NCBI RefSeq assembly: GCF_964355755.1
Contig: NC_092678.1
Span: forward strand, 21,407,365 to 21,471,364
Direction of reading: 5' to 3'
DNA: 64,000 bases
Source: Antedon mediterranea
Taxonomy: Eukaryota; Animalia; Echinodermata
Part shown: positions 1 to 15,175 of the stretch, in pieces
Layout of the letters: each line of letters opens with the position of its first letter
Position numbering within the stretch: position 1 is the stretch's first letter
The notes under the pieces: generated by a model
Seen by the model: only the letters and a program-made list of their open reading frames with translations
The model's database searches: none
What the model was told of the DNA's origin: nothing
Translations under genes and position numbers: made by a program

Positions 1-2509
1 TTACCGCCAAAAGTTGACATTTCCACTGCAATATTTTCAAACCCTTCCATTTTTTAGTGAAGTTTTCCACATTATCCATCTCTCCCATTTCTTTTCTCAC
101 AACCTACCTATTGTAGCATAACTATGACAACATATTGTTGACAATATAGAATATATTTTCAAAGCTAGAATTTGCTATACTGAAAATCAAAAATTGTTTC
201 AAGCCATAAGCATGGAATGTACGTCACTTAAGCCAACTAAAGAATTTAATCAAAATATTTCACAAAAGATAACATGTGTATGATGTTTTAATTAACTAAT
301 CAATATTTCACATGAAATTCATGGTAGATGTTACCTGCAATATAAATAGGATATAAGAAGAATCAATGACATTTGGTATACTAGCCTGCAGCATATTGAC
401 TTTGCATGTAATAACACATGGGTTACTTTAGGTAGGCTTATTCAGGATTTACTCCTGCAAACTTATTTCAGGGCTAAAAATAGACGAAGGTGCATTGATA
501 TGCTATACAGTACTTTTCACTTATGCTGTACTATAATCAAGCTATACAAAATTCATCTCTGAAACTCATCTTTTAATTTGCTTTTTATTTTATTGCAAAA
601 CTTTTTGCCAATAACTGGAAAGTTAACATAATTTTCTAATAGTTTTAGATCTTTTTGTAAAATAACATGTTGAACATTACAACATGATAGAACATACAGT
701 ACAGGTAGCTTCAGCACTTCATTTTACTTGAGCTACAGTATCTGTAGTTGTCATTTTTTGCCATACAGTATAATTTATTTTATCGATAGACTAGTTCTGT
801 CAATTTAGCCTATACATATTTTGTAGAATTAATAAATTACTAAAATTTTAACTTTACTGTAAATTGAATAGTGGGTTGCTCAATGTAATACATTTTGCAT
901 AGTAATTTTGTTTATGAAAGTTTGGCAAACTTTTTTTCTCGTTTCCCTTTTTCTTGTACCTGTGGGAATAAGTAATACCTAGTTTTGGAATGAATATGAA
1001 TATTTTTATTGTCATTGTGAGTTCAAGGATTCTTACAGTAGTTATTTTTAATGTTTGAAGATAATACTGATTGTTAATGTTAGCGAAAAAGTCTGTATTA
1101 TATTACGCTTAAGTTCACTTTTATTGTTACTGATCTTTTGACTCTGTTTTACTTGCCAAATATTAATGAAAACGACAGACAACCCAGTTTTATTGGACAT
1201 TCCCAAACTAAAAAATGTAGGCCTATAGCATTTTTAAGGAGTTTTATATAGTAAAATAAACATGGATATCCTAATACTGTACAGTGATGTAGCCACAAGA
1301 AATTTGGTGTGGTTTTCGCAAGAAAACGAAACATTCTCTATTCAAGGCACTGGGTTGTCAAAGGCCTCTGTGAAAAAAAGTACAACGATAGGCCTATTGG
1401 TGGCTACGGTCCTGTAATATATTTAAGGACACCAATAATAAAGTTATAAGCATCTTATTAAATAGGTCTATCGCAATCAGCACCTGTTTCGTCCAGGCTA
1501 ATGCAGGTAGATAAGTTTACAGCCTATGTGATAGCTTAAAATTAAAATCACGTAATTTTATACTAAAGATATTAATTTGCTGTTTAGTATGCAGACTTAA
1601 TGCTCAGAGCATAATGTGCACAGTGCTATAATATGTTACCACTAGAAAGCTATAAATTTGCTATAAACATATTGTGTTGTTGTTTTTCAATAATATTTTT
1701 CTTTTGATAATATGACGCAAACGTAACAATGTGAGCTAATACTATGATTTCTATTTAATATGGAAATCCCTTTGTGTTTTCATAGATGAATGGCCTTATG
1801 TAAGCCTACCTATCTCAGATTGCTGATATTGTGAAACGGCCGTATATCAATGTCAGTGTCACATACAATCAAAATTGTAACTCTCCTTACAAGATACATA
1901 GTATTAAGATCTGGACTCTTATTTATGAAGTTTAACATCTTTTGAATTTCATTTTCATTTTCAATACAATCTACTATTGTTTTCAGAATAATTGTCATTT
2001 TTCAAAGCAATTAATCATTAATGTACACATGACAGATTGAAAAAGAAACAAAGAATACTAAAACATTAAATATATATAAATAAATGTAATAGAAGAAATA
2101 GAAGTCAAGATAAAAGTTCATCTTATGGAATGTACTTCTAGATTCTAAGATTTAAGAAAAAAATGGGTAAAAAAATATCTGCTTAGCTTATTTGGAAACT
2201 AACTTAATAAAATCAATGACAAAGTCAAGATGATTTTTTACTATTACATTGACATGTTTTGAAAACCAAAGATTTATCAAGATTTCATATAAACTTTGTC
2301 TTAAATCATTAATTTTGCGTCAGATTTATTAATAATTCTAAGCAAAATTTACTTAATTTTGGTGCTTTAAACATTTCATTATTTGTCAATGTAAACTGAA
2401 TAGAAAATAAAAAAATAGTCTATTTCGTGTCTAGCTTACCCGGATAAACCGACAATAGCCATTTCACGAGGAGAAAGGGCTATTGTTGGTTTGTAATTTC
2501 TCAACTTAC

Positions 2510-5500
2510 ATGTAATAATTGGCCATTTTTGGTACCCATAACGGCTATTGTTCGACGATCATAAGTCATTGCATTGATTGAAGATAGGGACACTCCTCTG
2601 CCCCCTCCTTGAAGTAGGTCAATCTCACTATATGAGCTTCCTATCTGGATTGGACTATTCAAGGAGTCTCCACAAAATTGATTATTAATTGTAGCCTGTA
2701 AATTATAAAATAATAAATGATTATATTAAACTTTTTTGGAAATATGATATGTAGTTTTAAACCTTCCAAATATCATTTTCGGTAATTTTGATGGCACCCT
2801 ATGTGTATGAATGCAAGTTGGAACCCAGACACCATTTTGGCCGCCATATTGGATCCAAGTTGACACATAATTTTCAAATGTAAATTTGTATAACCAACAA
2901 ATACACACTGCCTTTATAAATATTTTTTGTATAATTATCTTGTAAAAATTAGAAATAAAAATGCTTTTTAAATACTGCAAACTCAACAAAATATAACACA
3001 AAATATTTAAATTATAACCAATTTCTCAACTTGTTCGCAATTTAGAATGCACGCTAATAATTATAATAATATACCTATTGCAAAAATGCTAAGTGCTTTA
3101 CATAACTACTTATGGTTCGAAGACATATCCCTGTGGAATATTCCAGCTTTAGGAACATCCCTAAAACTGAAATTAGAAATTGGTCGCTGTCTATATTCTA
3201 AATATAATAAGTGCTGCAAGGCTTAGAAGCGTGCTTTTGTATAGAATTTGCTATTAGATTGTCAACAACTACATACTCTTCTGTGCATGCTCACAAGCTA
3301 CATCGAAGTAGTGATAGCTTCTGTAACAATGACAATTTCTGAATTTTTGCACTGTATTGAAAACCTTCTTTGATAAATTATTGTGGGTTCTATTTATTTT
3401 GTAATAGCACTAGCAACCTTTAATTTTCAGGATGCATTACAAGACCATGTGTCTATCGAGTAAAAAAAGTAATTCTGCACATGCTCAGAAACATGAGCAT
3501 GTGAAGAATGAATTCTTAATAGCATCATGTGGTGCACTGTGAAAAACAAAAGGTAGATAATAAAAACTCTAAAAACTTTATGTGACAAAAAAATGTGATG
3601 TGCCCATATATTGACATGATGATGTCATATCACTACCATATTTGAGCACATCACACTAGTTTGATAGTGTAGACAGCTTTATAGCCTACCATTCATTAAC
3701 CTATTCTTATAAAGTTTATTACTTAATTTCTCTTACCATCGAACTCATACACACAGCATCCTGGGAAAGAAATCGTAATCCTTGCGTGTCCCTGCCATCG
3801 TAACACTTTTGTATTCCCTTTCTAAACTTTGTCGCAATCATTTTCATAGTAAAAGCGCAGACGGCCGTGTTGTTTGATGGGACATCAGTGGTTCTATTTA
3901 CGTTCTCGGCAAACACGCCAAGGATAACATTTAAGTCTACATCGTTGTCGTCGAGTTCTAAGTAGCCAGTTAAGTCCTCACCTACTGGTCCAAAATATGC
4001 AGCTTGTAAAATGTTGTAGTTACGAGTTTTATTTCCGTTTTCGCACTTCAATGGCATTTCAGTGTAAGAGTAATATCCTGAAAAAAAAAAAAAGATGATG
4101 AGTTTTGAGCTACGTCTACACTTTCAAATAAGTTTGACAAAAAAAGTTTGATGTGCCCAAATATGGTAGTGATGTCCATCTGTATGGGCACATCACATTT
4201 GTTGTTGTCACATCAAGTTTGATAGTGTAGACAGAGCTTTAAAGATGCCAAAAGATTTAATACTGTATTATGGTTATAATCCAATGATAATATAATAATA
4301 ATAATCCCACCCTTTAATTTTATACTGTAGATAAAAATAAAATAATTTGATACAATGTTACAAAGCAAAATGATGATGGTGGTATGTTGCATGATCATGT
4401 GAGGGCGTAGTTGACTGATTTGTCCATTATTTTTTAGGGTTTTTTACACACGAGATGCTGTATTACGAAATACTATGATACTGAACAAATATTGTTGAAG
4501 TTATAAAGTTGATTTTTTTTCGTTTGAATAATGGTGAGAAAACAATAAAACATGAAATATGATATAACCGGAATATAATGTCGGCATTGTCACAATAGAT
4601 GTTAGTAGGCCTACTTTGGAAAAATCATTCACGTTTTATTGGTTCCTGTTCTTATTCTTATTATTTCCTTTGTTTAAACCTAAAGACATTTAAGCGACAT
4701 TCTATTATTATTTTACTCTACTCTTTTTTTTTTTTTCACTGGAAAATGTTGATATCATTTGTATGACTTATCCTTTATAAAGCTCTGTCTACACTATCAA
4801 ACTTTATGTGACAAAAAAAAATGTGATGTGCCCATATATGGACATGATGATGTCATTATATCGTACCAATATTTGGGCATATCACTACCATATTTGGGCA
4901 CACCATACTAGTTTGATAGTGTAGACAGAGCTTAATACATTTTTTGATTTATGAGAAAAAGACATTCAAACCATTCTTTGAGGGCTAACAAAGGGTTCCT
5001 GTTGTTGATGAATTATAAATAGGGCCCTTGTAGGCATTGTATTATGGTTATTCCATTTCCATGTACAGTATAGTAGCCACAGTTGTTGGCCAGAGATTTC
5101 AATTCGAGGAACTGAATTATTAAGTGGCTTTCCAAATAACAGTATGTAAAGGTTATAATAAGAAATGATTAGTTAATTTATTCTCAATATTTTACTATGG
5201 CGATCCAATCAATCCAAGAATTTCTCTGGACCAATAGATAAGAAATATATAAACATCTTAAACCAATAATTAAACTTGCAAAAAATAAATTTTATTGCAG
5301 TTTTAATTATTGTAATATCACTACTTTCTAAAGTTGTATTAATTCTTTATAATGGTTTTATGTATGTAATGGTCCTTCCTATGAGCTATCATTGATTGGA
5401 TATATGGCGCATTATAAATGCTTTTGTTGTTATGAAATTTTGTTTGGATATAAACATAGTAAAGCTGGCTCTTTGAATTTTATGTACTAAAAGTGTTAAA

Positions 5501-8500
5501 AGTCTTATAGATTTCATCAATTGCTAATGCTTTGCAGTAGCTTTCTGTTTTTGAAGTACACAGACTTACCACAGGAATTATGAATGATAATGGGCTTAGT
5601 TGACTGTATTGATAAACTGGGCATCAAGCTGAATACACAAAGTATTAAGTGCTGGAATTTATGATCTTAGTTTGGCTTGTAATGCCACTGAGCTATTAAA
5701 TAAGTTTAGTGAATGGTTTTCATTCTTGCTTGCCATTTTATAGCTTTAACTAGGATAAGTTGAGTCACTCCAGTCCTGATAACACCGAGATGGTGCTAAC
5801 TGTACATTAAGCGTGGTTCATACTAGAGATGCAAGACGTAAACGCAACGCAGACGAGTTGACCAATCAAAAAAGTGAAGCTTGAATAACCCATCGATTGT
5901 GATTGGTCAAATCAATTGCGTTGCGCTTACGTTATTGCTTTGCGCTTACGTTTTTGCGTTGCATTTTAGTGGGAAACAAGCACTCTTGAATCGTTGTTTA
6001 GCAACACGAGGCATACTTCGATTTAGGTGCTGGAATGGACTTCCGTTTTCTCCCCTTTTTTTAAATTTCAAAACGCTTCAAGACGTGTTTGATTTTGTCA
6101 AGTTTGTTTTTCTCATGCTTTATAATTCATAACCATTGTTTTATTTGTGTGTCTGCTACTACATTTGTTGATTGATACAATTGTTTACTTTAATTTACCC
6201 ACACATCATTGTGACTTTTATACTATTTGTCTATCTGCATTATTAACAGGTTCTAGCCACAAGCCAAAGTAGATGCAAATTGTCTCAATTCCTAAGTTGT
6301 CAACAATTAGTATCATCCTGTCTGCCAAACCAGTACACTAATAGGTTTTATAATGATTGTTCTAGGCATATCTATTATTAGTATGCACTCTCAGTGTTCT
6401 TTCAACTAATAAACAAATTCAGTGATTTCTTTTTTTTATAATTGTAAGCTCTGTCTACACTAGTTTGATAAAAAAAAAAGGTGATGTGCTCAGAAATGGT
6501 AGTGCTATACTAATATGGTAGTGATATGGCATCATCATGTTCATATATGGGAATATTTTTTGTTTGATAGCTTATACAGAGCTTTAGGCACCAACACAAT
6601 TATTCAGCAGTAAATACATTTTTTTTACCATTTAAACCTGTTTATGCAAAGTCTTTTTTGTGTAATCATACACAACTTTTTATTATAGTGATGCCTTCTA
6701 CATTGAAACAAACTAGAATCGTATGTAGTTACTGTAGTAATCTCCACCCTCCTTACCACCCTATTTAAAAATGAGAAAATAATGTTTAAAATGAAAAATA
6801 TAGATAAAAGTTGATAGTGGTACCATGCTAATTAAAGATTGCATACTGTAGACTGTAAACCAAATATTGTATATTCTGAATTTCCCCTTAATTTAATAAA
6901 ACAAACAAAGCACCACATAATTCAAATCGTGAATCATGTTTGTGACAGAACAAACAAATCTGATATTGAAAGATACAGCAATTTGATAGTGTGCAATCAT
7001 CTGATACAAATTAATAGACAAATATTGATTGTAATTTAATTTTATTACAAGTGGAGTAGCCAGATATTATGTATAGAGGTAAAATGACCCTTTACTGTAC
7101 ATACTATAGCGTACCCATAAATACCGTTAATTAAGGTATTGTTACATACAGTATATAGTGTGAATGGATTGTCCCCAACAACATAAAAAATAAAGATGAA
7201 TGAAACAGAAAATAAAATTAAAATTTGAATACAGTAGGCTATGTTCTAGTTTTAATAGTTAAAAGTTACTCTCTTCTCCACAAAAAAAAAGTTATTAATT
7301 AGATATTATTACATACTGTACAGTGTGAATGGATTGTCTCCATAGACATAAAAAATAAAGATGATGATGAATGAAATAGAAAATTAAATTTGAATACAGT
7401 AGGCTATTTTCTAGTTTTAATAATTAAAAGTTACTTTTTGCATTATTCAACAAATAATACAATTTTAAATTATTTGTAGGGCACAAAATATACTGTAGTA
7501 TCATGATGGCACATTTTTGTATTATCAGTTCTTGCATCTTTTATCTTAAATACAGGCTTACACAATTTTAAATTATATTTTGTATAGTTTATGTTCTTGG
7601 TAAATTTCCGTATAAAATTGGTTTTATGCTAGCAGGTTCATCCTTTTATAATTATTTTTTATTTTTATTTATTTTTATTTTATTCAATCGAAACCAACAG
7701 CGATAACTACCGCCACTAACAGGTTTGATACAAACAAAGCCAAGACTGTTTAAAGCACCTTGATTGATCCTGACATTGATCAAGGGCTTCTCTCGTCCAG
7801 TGCCCACCTTGACCCGAGGTCTGAGGCAGATACTAGATGCAGGGGCTGCCATAAGAGTCAGCAGTGCTGATTTCAAATGCCTAACGGGACCCCAGCTCCG
7901 TATACAGCACCCGCCCGTATACAGCACCAGCTATTTGTAGGTCACCTAAATGTTGGTGTTCTGGTGGATGTAAGAGGGGGGGGGGGGGAGGGAGGAAAGT
8001 CGGGAAGTTGAGGTCGGGGATGTCAAGGTGAGAATCAATTAGACTTCTTTTGTAGTTTAAAAATATTTTATCGACCAGAATGTCCATTGGAAAAATACCC
8101 GAATATTTAAACTATTACTATCTTAATGCTTCAGTGAAGATTTAGAAAATAATTGTAAACAAAAACTCGCAATCCAACATGATAAATACTGGATGGCCTT
8201 GAATGCGTTGAATAGAACCAGCACAGTACGGCCGTGCACAGAAACAATGAAGCTTGAAACTTTGTGTTGATGACAAATAAAAACAGTCCGCAATGAATGA
8301 ATTGAATGCAGTCAGTTTAGCTTATCAAATATTTGTAGACTCGTGTACATGTACAATATTTTGTACAATATTTTAGGTTTATGTAAAAATGTGTAGAAAC
8401 CAATTTGTTTCAAAATGAATAGTTCATATAAAATATTATGAGTTTTTTCAAATTTTGTTACAAATAATATTAATGGTTTTTTTTAAATAATACATATTCT

Positions 8501-11500
8501 CTAGGATTAAAAACTAAATAATATTAACAAACTATTGCTTCAATGGTATTTCAAATGCAAATATCCCGCGTGATATCCTGCGTGATATCCCGCGTGATGT
8601 ATGTAAATAGCTCTCTTTATAGCTACAGTATACCAATGGATTGGTAAACACAATTGCCTTTAAAGGTTAAAAAAACAAGATTTCAATTTATCAATAGACC
8701 TAAATCCCCTCCTGACGTGTTCATAGACAAGAAAATTTACAAAAAGAAAAATTTTTGTACTTGAAATTTTTTAGCATAAGTTTGAATGAAAACCTTTACT
8801 CTCCTTCAAAGTTATAAAAATAAGTTAAATTGTCATGGCACACTTTTTTTACCTTTTCAATACATGACTTTTCAAATTAATAATTAACCATTATTACAGT
8901 ATGCTATAATTCAATGTTGTCTTTATTGCTATTTGAAAAGTTTTTACCAATTAAAAGACAAATAGTTATTGTTTTTATAACAATTTTTCGACCTATTTAT
9001 ATTTCAACATATCAGGGAATTTCATTTCATTTCATTTATTTATTCGACCAACAAAACATAATATACAATGTACAAATATGAAATTGGGACTGCTAAAGTA
9101 ATATGATTACTGTAACTACAAGAGTCAGTAGTCCCATGATCTTAACTAAAATAAATATATATTATTTTATAAACAAATAAAGTATAAAGCTGTGAGTATA
9201 CAAAAAAAAAAAAAGAACAAATATGATTCAGAAAAATTAAATTAAAAATACAAAAAAAAAAAAAAATTAAAAATTAAATTTAAAAAAAAAGAAAAAAGAA
9301 TTAAAGATAATTATCATGAAGGAAAGAGTCAATAGATGATACAAGATGAGGAAAAGATTCAGTAACAGCTAATTGGCGTAATGAGGACGGTAACTGAGAC
9401 CAAAGCTTAGGGAAGCTCTTCCCATATCTGGTTTTACACCATTCATTTGTTTCTATGAAAATAATAATATATTTAAACCTATGTTTTTATTGTACAGTAG
9501 CTATTCTTTTATCAAATAAATACTGGGAAACTGATGAGAACATCTCCATCAAGATTCTTTTCATATAAAATATCCAAAGAGGAACATTGAATCAGTAATA
9601 AAACAACTGACATGATCCATTTCGTATTAAATTTCCATTTCTTTAATTAACCTATGAAATTTAAGATACATACAACATGACTAATAGTAGTAAATATAAC
9701 ACTGAAAGAATAAATACAATATCAAATGGTTCATTTTGCTTTGAGGGTGATATGATCTCTATCATTTTATTGGAACCAATGTCAAATAATATGTTTGCTG
9801 TCAAACTCAATGTCTGTATATGAATATGAAGTTGACAAAAATCAGTGACAGTAAAAGAATTTAAAAATGGTATTTATCCCAAAATATTTAAAAATCTATT
9901 TATCATACCTGTACCGAGCTAAGAAAATATTAAAGCAATATGTTTAAGAAATTTCTTTCTGTGGTTTAGTCATTTGAAATACTGTATCATTATAAATTAC
10001 ACATCACTGAACACAAATGAGACAATTACATAAAGAAAATGTGATGGACTCTCGTAAATATTTAAATTGTGTGTGACGTTTTGAGAAAGTAGGCTTCAAT
10101 GAGAGTAACGTCACACACACTATTTACCTCAGCAAATAACAGTAACATCTAACAAAGGCTAAAAGGCTCATAGAATTTGTCATAGAATTTTACAATTGGA
10201 TAAATTGTTGTCAATAGTATAGGATAGGATGTGCAGTAAACAATAAGTAAACACTATGCCAAGGACTTTGGCAAACAATTTAAATATCGGTCAAATTCAA
10301 ATTTGAAGTATTAGCAAAATGGATTTTCATCTCTGAACACTATTTTGTTTATGATATATTTGCCATATTATAAACTTAAGAAAATAAAATGTTCACAATC
10401 CATTATAAATTTTGAACCTATTTTATATTTATATGTTTAAAAAAAAACTTCTAAAACAGAGAAACCTAAATAAAGAGTATTCTGTGTTAATGATATACAT
10501 AGGCCTACTGCAGACCATTAAAATACAGCCTCCATTAGAAATTCTGAATTTATTTATATTTCAAAAATTGATAAAACACAACCTAAAATATCCCGTACCC
10601 CCACTCTGGTAGTACAGTATCTGTACCTGAATTAATAAACTCTCTTAAAAAATGAGACACAAAGTCTTAAATAAATCAATTAATATTTCCATGTAATTTG
10701 TACTATAGAATAAATGAATAGAATGGTACTAAAATTTCCATGTACATAATATATCACAACTTATTAGTAACGTCAGTTCCTCATAAAAATAGCATGAACA
10801 GTTATATATCTTCTGGCCAAGCAATTAAATTTACGTCCTTAATTACATCACTTTGGTGAACAAATTTGGTGAAATAAATCAGAGACAACCACGTCCAAAT
10901 GGTTTATACTCATTTACAATCTGGAATGTTTTATGTGGATATGAAGAATGTTTTGTACAAACGCTGCACTATGCAATCTTACATTATTATTTTACTGCAG
11001 TTACTGCAGTAACTCGCCTTTTCAGTCACTGTAATTATAAACAGTGTGTGTATGATAATACCCAGAAAATGTTTCCTGAATAAAATGTAGCTAACTGCAG
11101 TAGAATCAATCAAGGTAACTCAATTCTTGGTTTAAAGAATACTTCTTTTTAATACTGTACTATCCTAATATATTTGTTGTTGTTTTTATGGACAGGTTTA
11201 CCTTCCATAGCTGGGGCCCTTGATAATTTGATAATTATTAAAAGTTCACAACATTTTGATTTTATTTTTTCAATACCAAAGATGATGATGACAAATACAG
11301 TACTACTTTTTTGTTGCTAATATCTTTTTGTTTTTAGGGGACAGGTTTACCCTCCATAGCTGGGGCCCTTGTATCAAACAGTATAGAAGGTCCTTGTATC
11401 AAACAGTATCATATTGATAACTATTAATAGAAGCTGACAACAAGTTTGTGTTATTTTTCAATACCAAAGTTAACAATGTAATGTTTAATTTTGCTGTGTG

Positions 11501-12586
11501 TGGCATATAAATTTCTACTACTTTTTTGTTGCTAATTTCTTGTTGTTTTTAGGGGCCAGGTTTACATGTACTGTGCTCACCATAGCTTGATAATCATGAT
11601 AAACTATTAAAAGAAGCTCACAGCAAGTTGTATTTTTTTTTTTTTTTCAATAACAGATGTGATGTAAATGTCGCTGTAGGTGGCAAATCAAACTAATGAT
11701 ATTGATGATCAATTAAATTAAATTATTTTATCTTACCTCTATCATTTTGACATATTCTTACGATACGTGTCTCGTATGAATTTGAGTCTACCGCCCTCCT
11801 CTGAACTGTCAAGAAGTAACTGAATCCGTCATGACTAAACCCATGTACGTAGTTGATTTTATATTCGTCAGCGTAAGTTGGTAACAAGTCAATGTACGAA
11901 TGCACCATAGAAGAATCGTCGTAATACGCGTACTGAAAGTTGTAGCGTCCGTTTGTCAGATGTAACCGCTTTGTCGAGACAGCCTTTTGGGTTATATATT
12001 CATCTGGTCGTTCGGTTTGCCGCGTTGCACCAACGTATAGTCCTAAACTTGAATCTTGTTCTTGGTTCGGTGGGGCGGGTCCAAAGAACGCTACGACGGA
12101 TCCTTCTGTCGCAACGAAATCATATTCTATATTATCCGACGAATAAATGTGATCTTCAATCGGATTTATCATAGTCAAAGAGTGGATCTTGCACGTGCCT
12201 TGTATTGCGCTTCCACACTCCAACAGAAATTGTTTTTCGTAGTCAATCAGCAGAATTTTGTTAATATTCTCTTTTGCAGCTTCAAAATAACTACATTCTT
12301 TCTCAGGCAAACATTTAACATTTTCTAACTGTGGTCCTGTTTTATACTCAAATTCAAATTGCATATTATTACTAAGTTGGAAAATTCCATTTACAGCACC
12401 GACATATACTCTACCAGTTTGGTTATGCACTATTATGTGATTAAGATCTCCTTCCCGAGTTGTAAATGCAATAATATTTCGACTATACACTGAAGGGACA
12501 CTAGCACAAATTAATAATGTAACAAATAACATGTTCAGTTTTTTCAATGTTGTTGTACTTCTCTGTTTCAATTGAATGTTGTACAT
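2510..12586 (-). CDS. Plexin-family receptor, N-terminal part (signal peptide + Sema domain); gene continues beyond the last exon identified
   Basis: GT-AG exons 12587-11737 (ATG at 12586), 4077-3737 and 2695-2510 join in frame: ...RIVRICQNDR|GYYSYTEMPLKC...CMSSM|ATINNQFCG...TIAVMGTKNGQLLH. Plexin Sema motifs GRVYVGAVN, NINKILLIDY, LLECGSAIQGTC, INYVHGF..GFSYFLTVQ and ILQAAY follow a hydrophobic leader (MLFVTLLICASVPSVYS). Subfamily not assigned. Confidence 0.9.
4781..4932. mobile_element. PIF/Harbinger (Tourist-like) MITE; degenerate copies at ~3570-3680, ~4108-4238, ~6447-6583, ~24656-24700, ~38429-38475
   Basis: TIR AGCTCTGTCTACACTATCAAACT...AGTTTGATAGTGTAGACAGAGCT, flanked by a TAA duplication (4778-4780 and 4933-4935). 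Confidence 0.85.
5810..5981. mobile_element. Palindromic MITE (GCGTTGCG/TGATTGGTCA family); relics near 21350-21445, 24990-25120, 38760-38890, 41850-41930
   Basis: Imperfect inverted arms (...AACGCAACGC...TTGACCAATCA / TGATTGGTCAA...GCGTTGCG...) that recur several times in the window. Confidence 0.6.
7095..7435. repeat. Local direct duplication of ~130-170 bp in a plexin intron
   Basis: AGTGTGAATGGATTGTC...TTTGAATACAGTAGGCTAT...TTAAAAGTTACT occurs at ~7157-7270 and ~7322-7435. Confidence 0.7.
11164..11600. repeat. Diverged tandem repeat (~3 units of 150-210 bp)
   Basis: GGACAGGTTTACC.TCCATAGCTGGGGCCC.TTG at ~11190 and ~11339, with a degenerate third unit near 11553. Confidence 0.65.
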
Positions 12587-13846
12587 TCTAGAAGAAAATA
12601 AAATATTGTAACAATTTATCAACATCATTATTGTCCTTGAAACAGAACAGTATATTGTCAGATTTAAAGATGTATTGTCCCAGAAAACATTTAAAAAAAC
12701 ATTGAATAGGCTATTTTGTAGTTTTAAATTTTAGTTAATTTGCCAATAAATAAATGTACAAAAGTAATGATGTTGCTTTTTAATTAATTATTTGAATTTA
12801 ACCTACAGTAAAACACATTGACTTCCAGAAAATGGACTTCTGGTTGCCTTTTTTTTCTTTACATTACAGTTTTACTGTATCGGGTTAAGTATTTTTTCTA
12901 AAATCTCATTTTTTTTGGCTAAGTGAACAACTATTATGTGACATTAAATCAGCTAACTCATATTTATTTAGAGGGGTAATTTATCTTTATGAGATGAAGA
13001 TATGAACAATATTATTACTGGTATCTGTAAGTTAAAATTATTTAAAATTAATTGAATTATCCACTTTTAAAGAGCACTAATTAGAAATAGGTTTAATTTT
13101 ATCTTCATTTAAATCTGACAAAATTGGTCTTGGAATTTATCTTGCCTTGTGCTGGGTTGTAACGAATGGGTGTGGGGGTGGGGGGGGGGGGGCGGTTGTG
13201 TAGGTTGGAGTTTGGGTGGGGTTGGGGATCAGTGGTGGGGTTGGGGATCAGTGGTAGGGTCGGGTTGGTTTTTTTGTTGGATAGTGGTAGCTCATTTTGA
13301 TAGAAATTCCCCCCAAAAAATCTCACCCCTCCCCAAAAGTTTTTGTCAATTTTCTCCCACACTCCAACATGCCTGGTAATGGTATATGATGTTTCAGAGA
13401 CATATTCCTCATGATACTATATATAAACTAAATAAATTAAAAGTAATCGTATAAATAATAATAATGTAGTACACCTTCGTCGTACACAGTCTAAGATTAA
13501 GAAAGTTTTCTATCTTGAAGCTTTTTCTCCATGGTATTTATTTTAGCCTAACTATACAAACTTGACATCACAGGGACCATTGGCCAGTGTGAAAAAAACA
13601 GGATGATTCACAATCATAAAATGGTATAACAAAAATGCAGTACTACCTACTTAGATTTTTAGATCCGATAATATCAACTTTTGCTTATCAAACTTTTCGA
13701 ATGAAAATTGTTGCTGCAACATCTCACCTTTGCCTAGCTAGGCCCTGCTGGAGGAGAACCTACCTGATGGTACCAACCAAAAAGAAGTACTAAACTACAA
13801 ACTATTTGCCTGCGATATAAATAACTTAAACATATTTTATACTCAC

Positions 13847-14170
13847 TTTGGTATTTCTTTGAGTTCATAACATTCACCAAAGAGTCCGGATGATAAATAC
13901 AAACGGAGAAAGATATAAGATGGCCAGCCAGTAGTTGGGGACGCTCGAGCGAATGTGTCAGTTATTGAAGTGAAGAAGATGTATTGTTTGCCTTGATTGG
14001 CTGTTGAAGGACAACATTACGTCATCAAAGCGCCTCTTATGCAATATCACTCAACCGTGAAATGAGCAAGTTATTCAAATTAGAGGGTGTACTCAATTAA
14101 AGCATGATGATGAGGAAGGTCAAAGCCGTTATCTACCTCAGTCGTTCCTTTTGGATTATTTACGTCAAAT
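13847..14170 (-). promoter_or_regulatory. Putative non-coding first exon and promoter of the plexin gene
   Basis: Minus-strand donor AAG|GTGAGT at 13847/13846. The first coding exon starts at an acceptor 1 nt before the ATG, so a 5' UTR exon is needed. CCAAT box near 13995-14000, CRE-like TTACGTCA near 14018 and 14160, and locally raised CpG content. Inference. Confidence 0.45.
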
Positions 14171-14750
14171 AGATTTATTTGTTTGAATTTTTCCGGGTTA
14201 GAGGCGTAAAACAAACGTTTTAAAAACAACACAAGAAATTGCACATTTGTTTTAAATATTTTTAAAATAAAAACAAGAAAAAAAATAAATTAAAAACAAA
14301 CAAATAGGCCTACTGACAAACAATAACGTAAGGACCTGTTTCTGCTGAGAATACACCAAATTTTGAAATAACAGTATTTTATTGTCAGCAGAACGGGTCC
14401 TAAACAAAACTCCGATTTGTTAATACGGTTTTTAAAAAGCCAATGGATTCCGGTCTCGATCGTCAATTGTGTGAAGTAATTTTTCTGCAACGCAATTTTT
14501 ATAAAACCGGTTTCGCAGACCAACGGTGTGAGAATAACCTTATAGGCCTACAGCTATGAAAAATCCTTTAAAATCTTGTGGAAATAGGGCAATAACCTTA
14601 CTTAGTAATCCTGCTAACTAACAAATATAGAAAGAAACACACATCGATCGACCAATAACCTCTCGTAATTCTGGCAATGTATTCCTTTTTAAATATTTGA
14701 ATTTTTAATAGTATTATTAATTTATTTTTTCATACACCAGTATCTTACTA

Positions 14751-15175
14751 CCGTAAATCTTCTAATAGTAACCCACACTCTAATAGTAACCCCCCTTATA
14801 ATAGTAACCCTTCTTATAAGTTAATCTATAATAATATGATGCAGCCGTATTTTGAAAATAAGGAGATGATGCATGTTAATCCGGGAGGGGGGGGGGAGGA
14901 TTAAGTGTTTTTGAGTAAAATAAACTTAGAGTTCAACCAAATTTGTTTATTCGTACTGTTTTATTATTTTGCTATGAGTTGCTGACCGGGAAAGCTGGGG
15001 GTGGGTTACTATTTTCAGGTGCCTAATTTAAGATTGGTAATAATAACCCACTACTCTAATTGTAACCCCCTTCTAATAGTAACCCCCTTCTAATTGTAAC
15101 CCCCTTCTAATAGTAACCCACCCTAAAAAACAATCAAAGAATAATAACCAAGGGTTACAATTAGAAGATTTATGG
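14751..15175. mobile_element. Tc1/mariner-superfamily (Tc2/pogo-like) MITE with subterminal repeats
   Basis: TA|CCGTAAATCTTCTAATAGTAACCC...GGGTTACAATTAGAAGATTTATGG|TA, with multiple internal CTAATAGTAACCC repeats. Confidence 0.8.

Noticed and set aside
1810-1998. ORF with KSPDLNTMYL as the next plexin exon
   Set aside because: No convincing in-phase acceptor/donor pair was found and the similarity is too weak.
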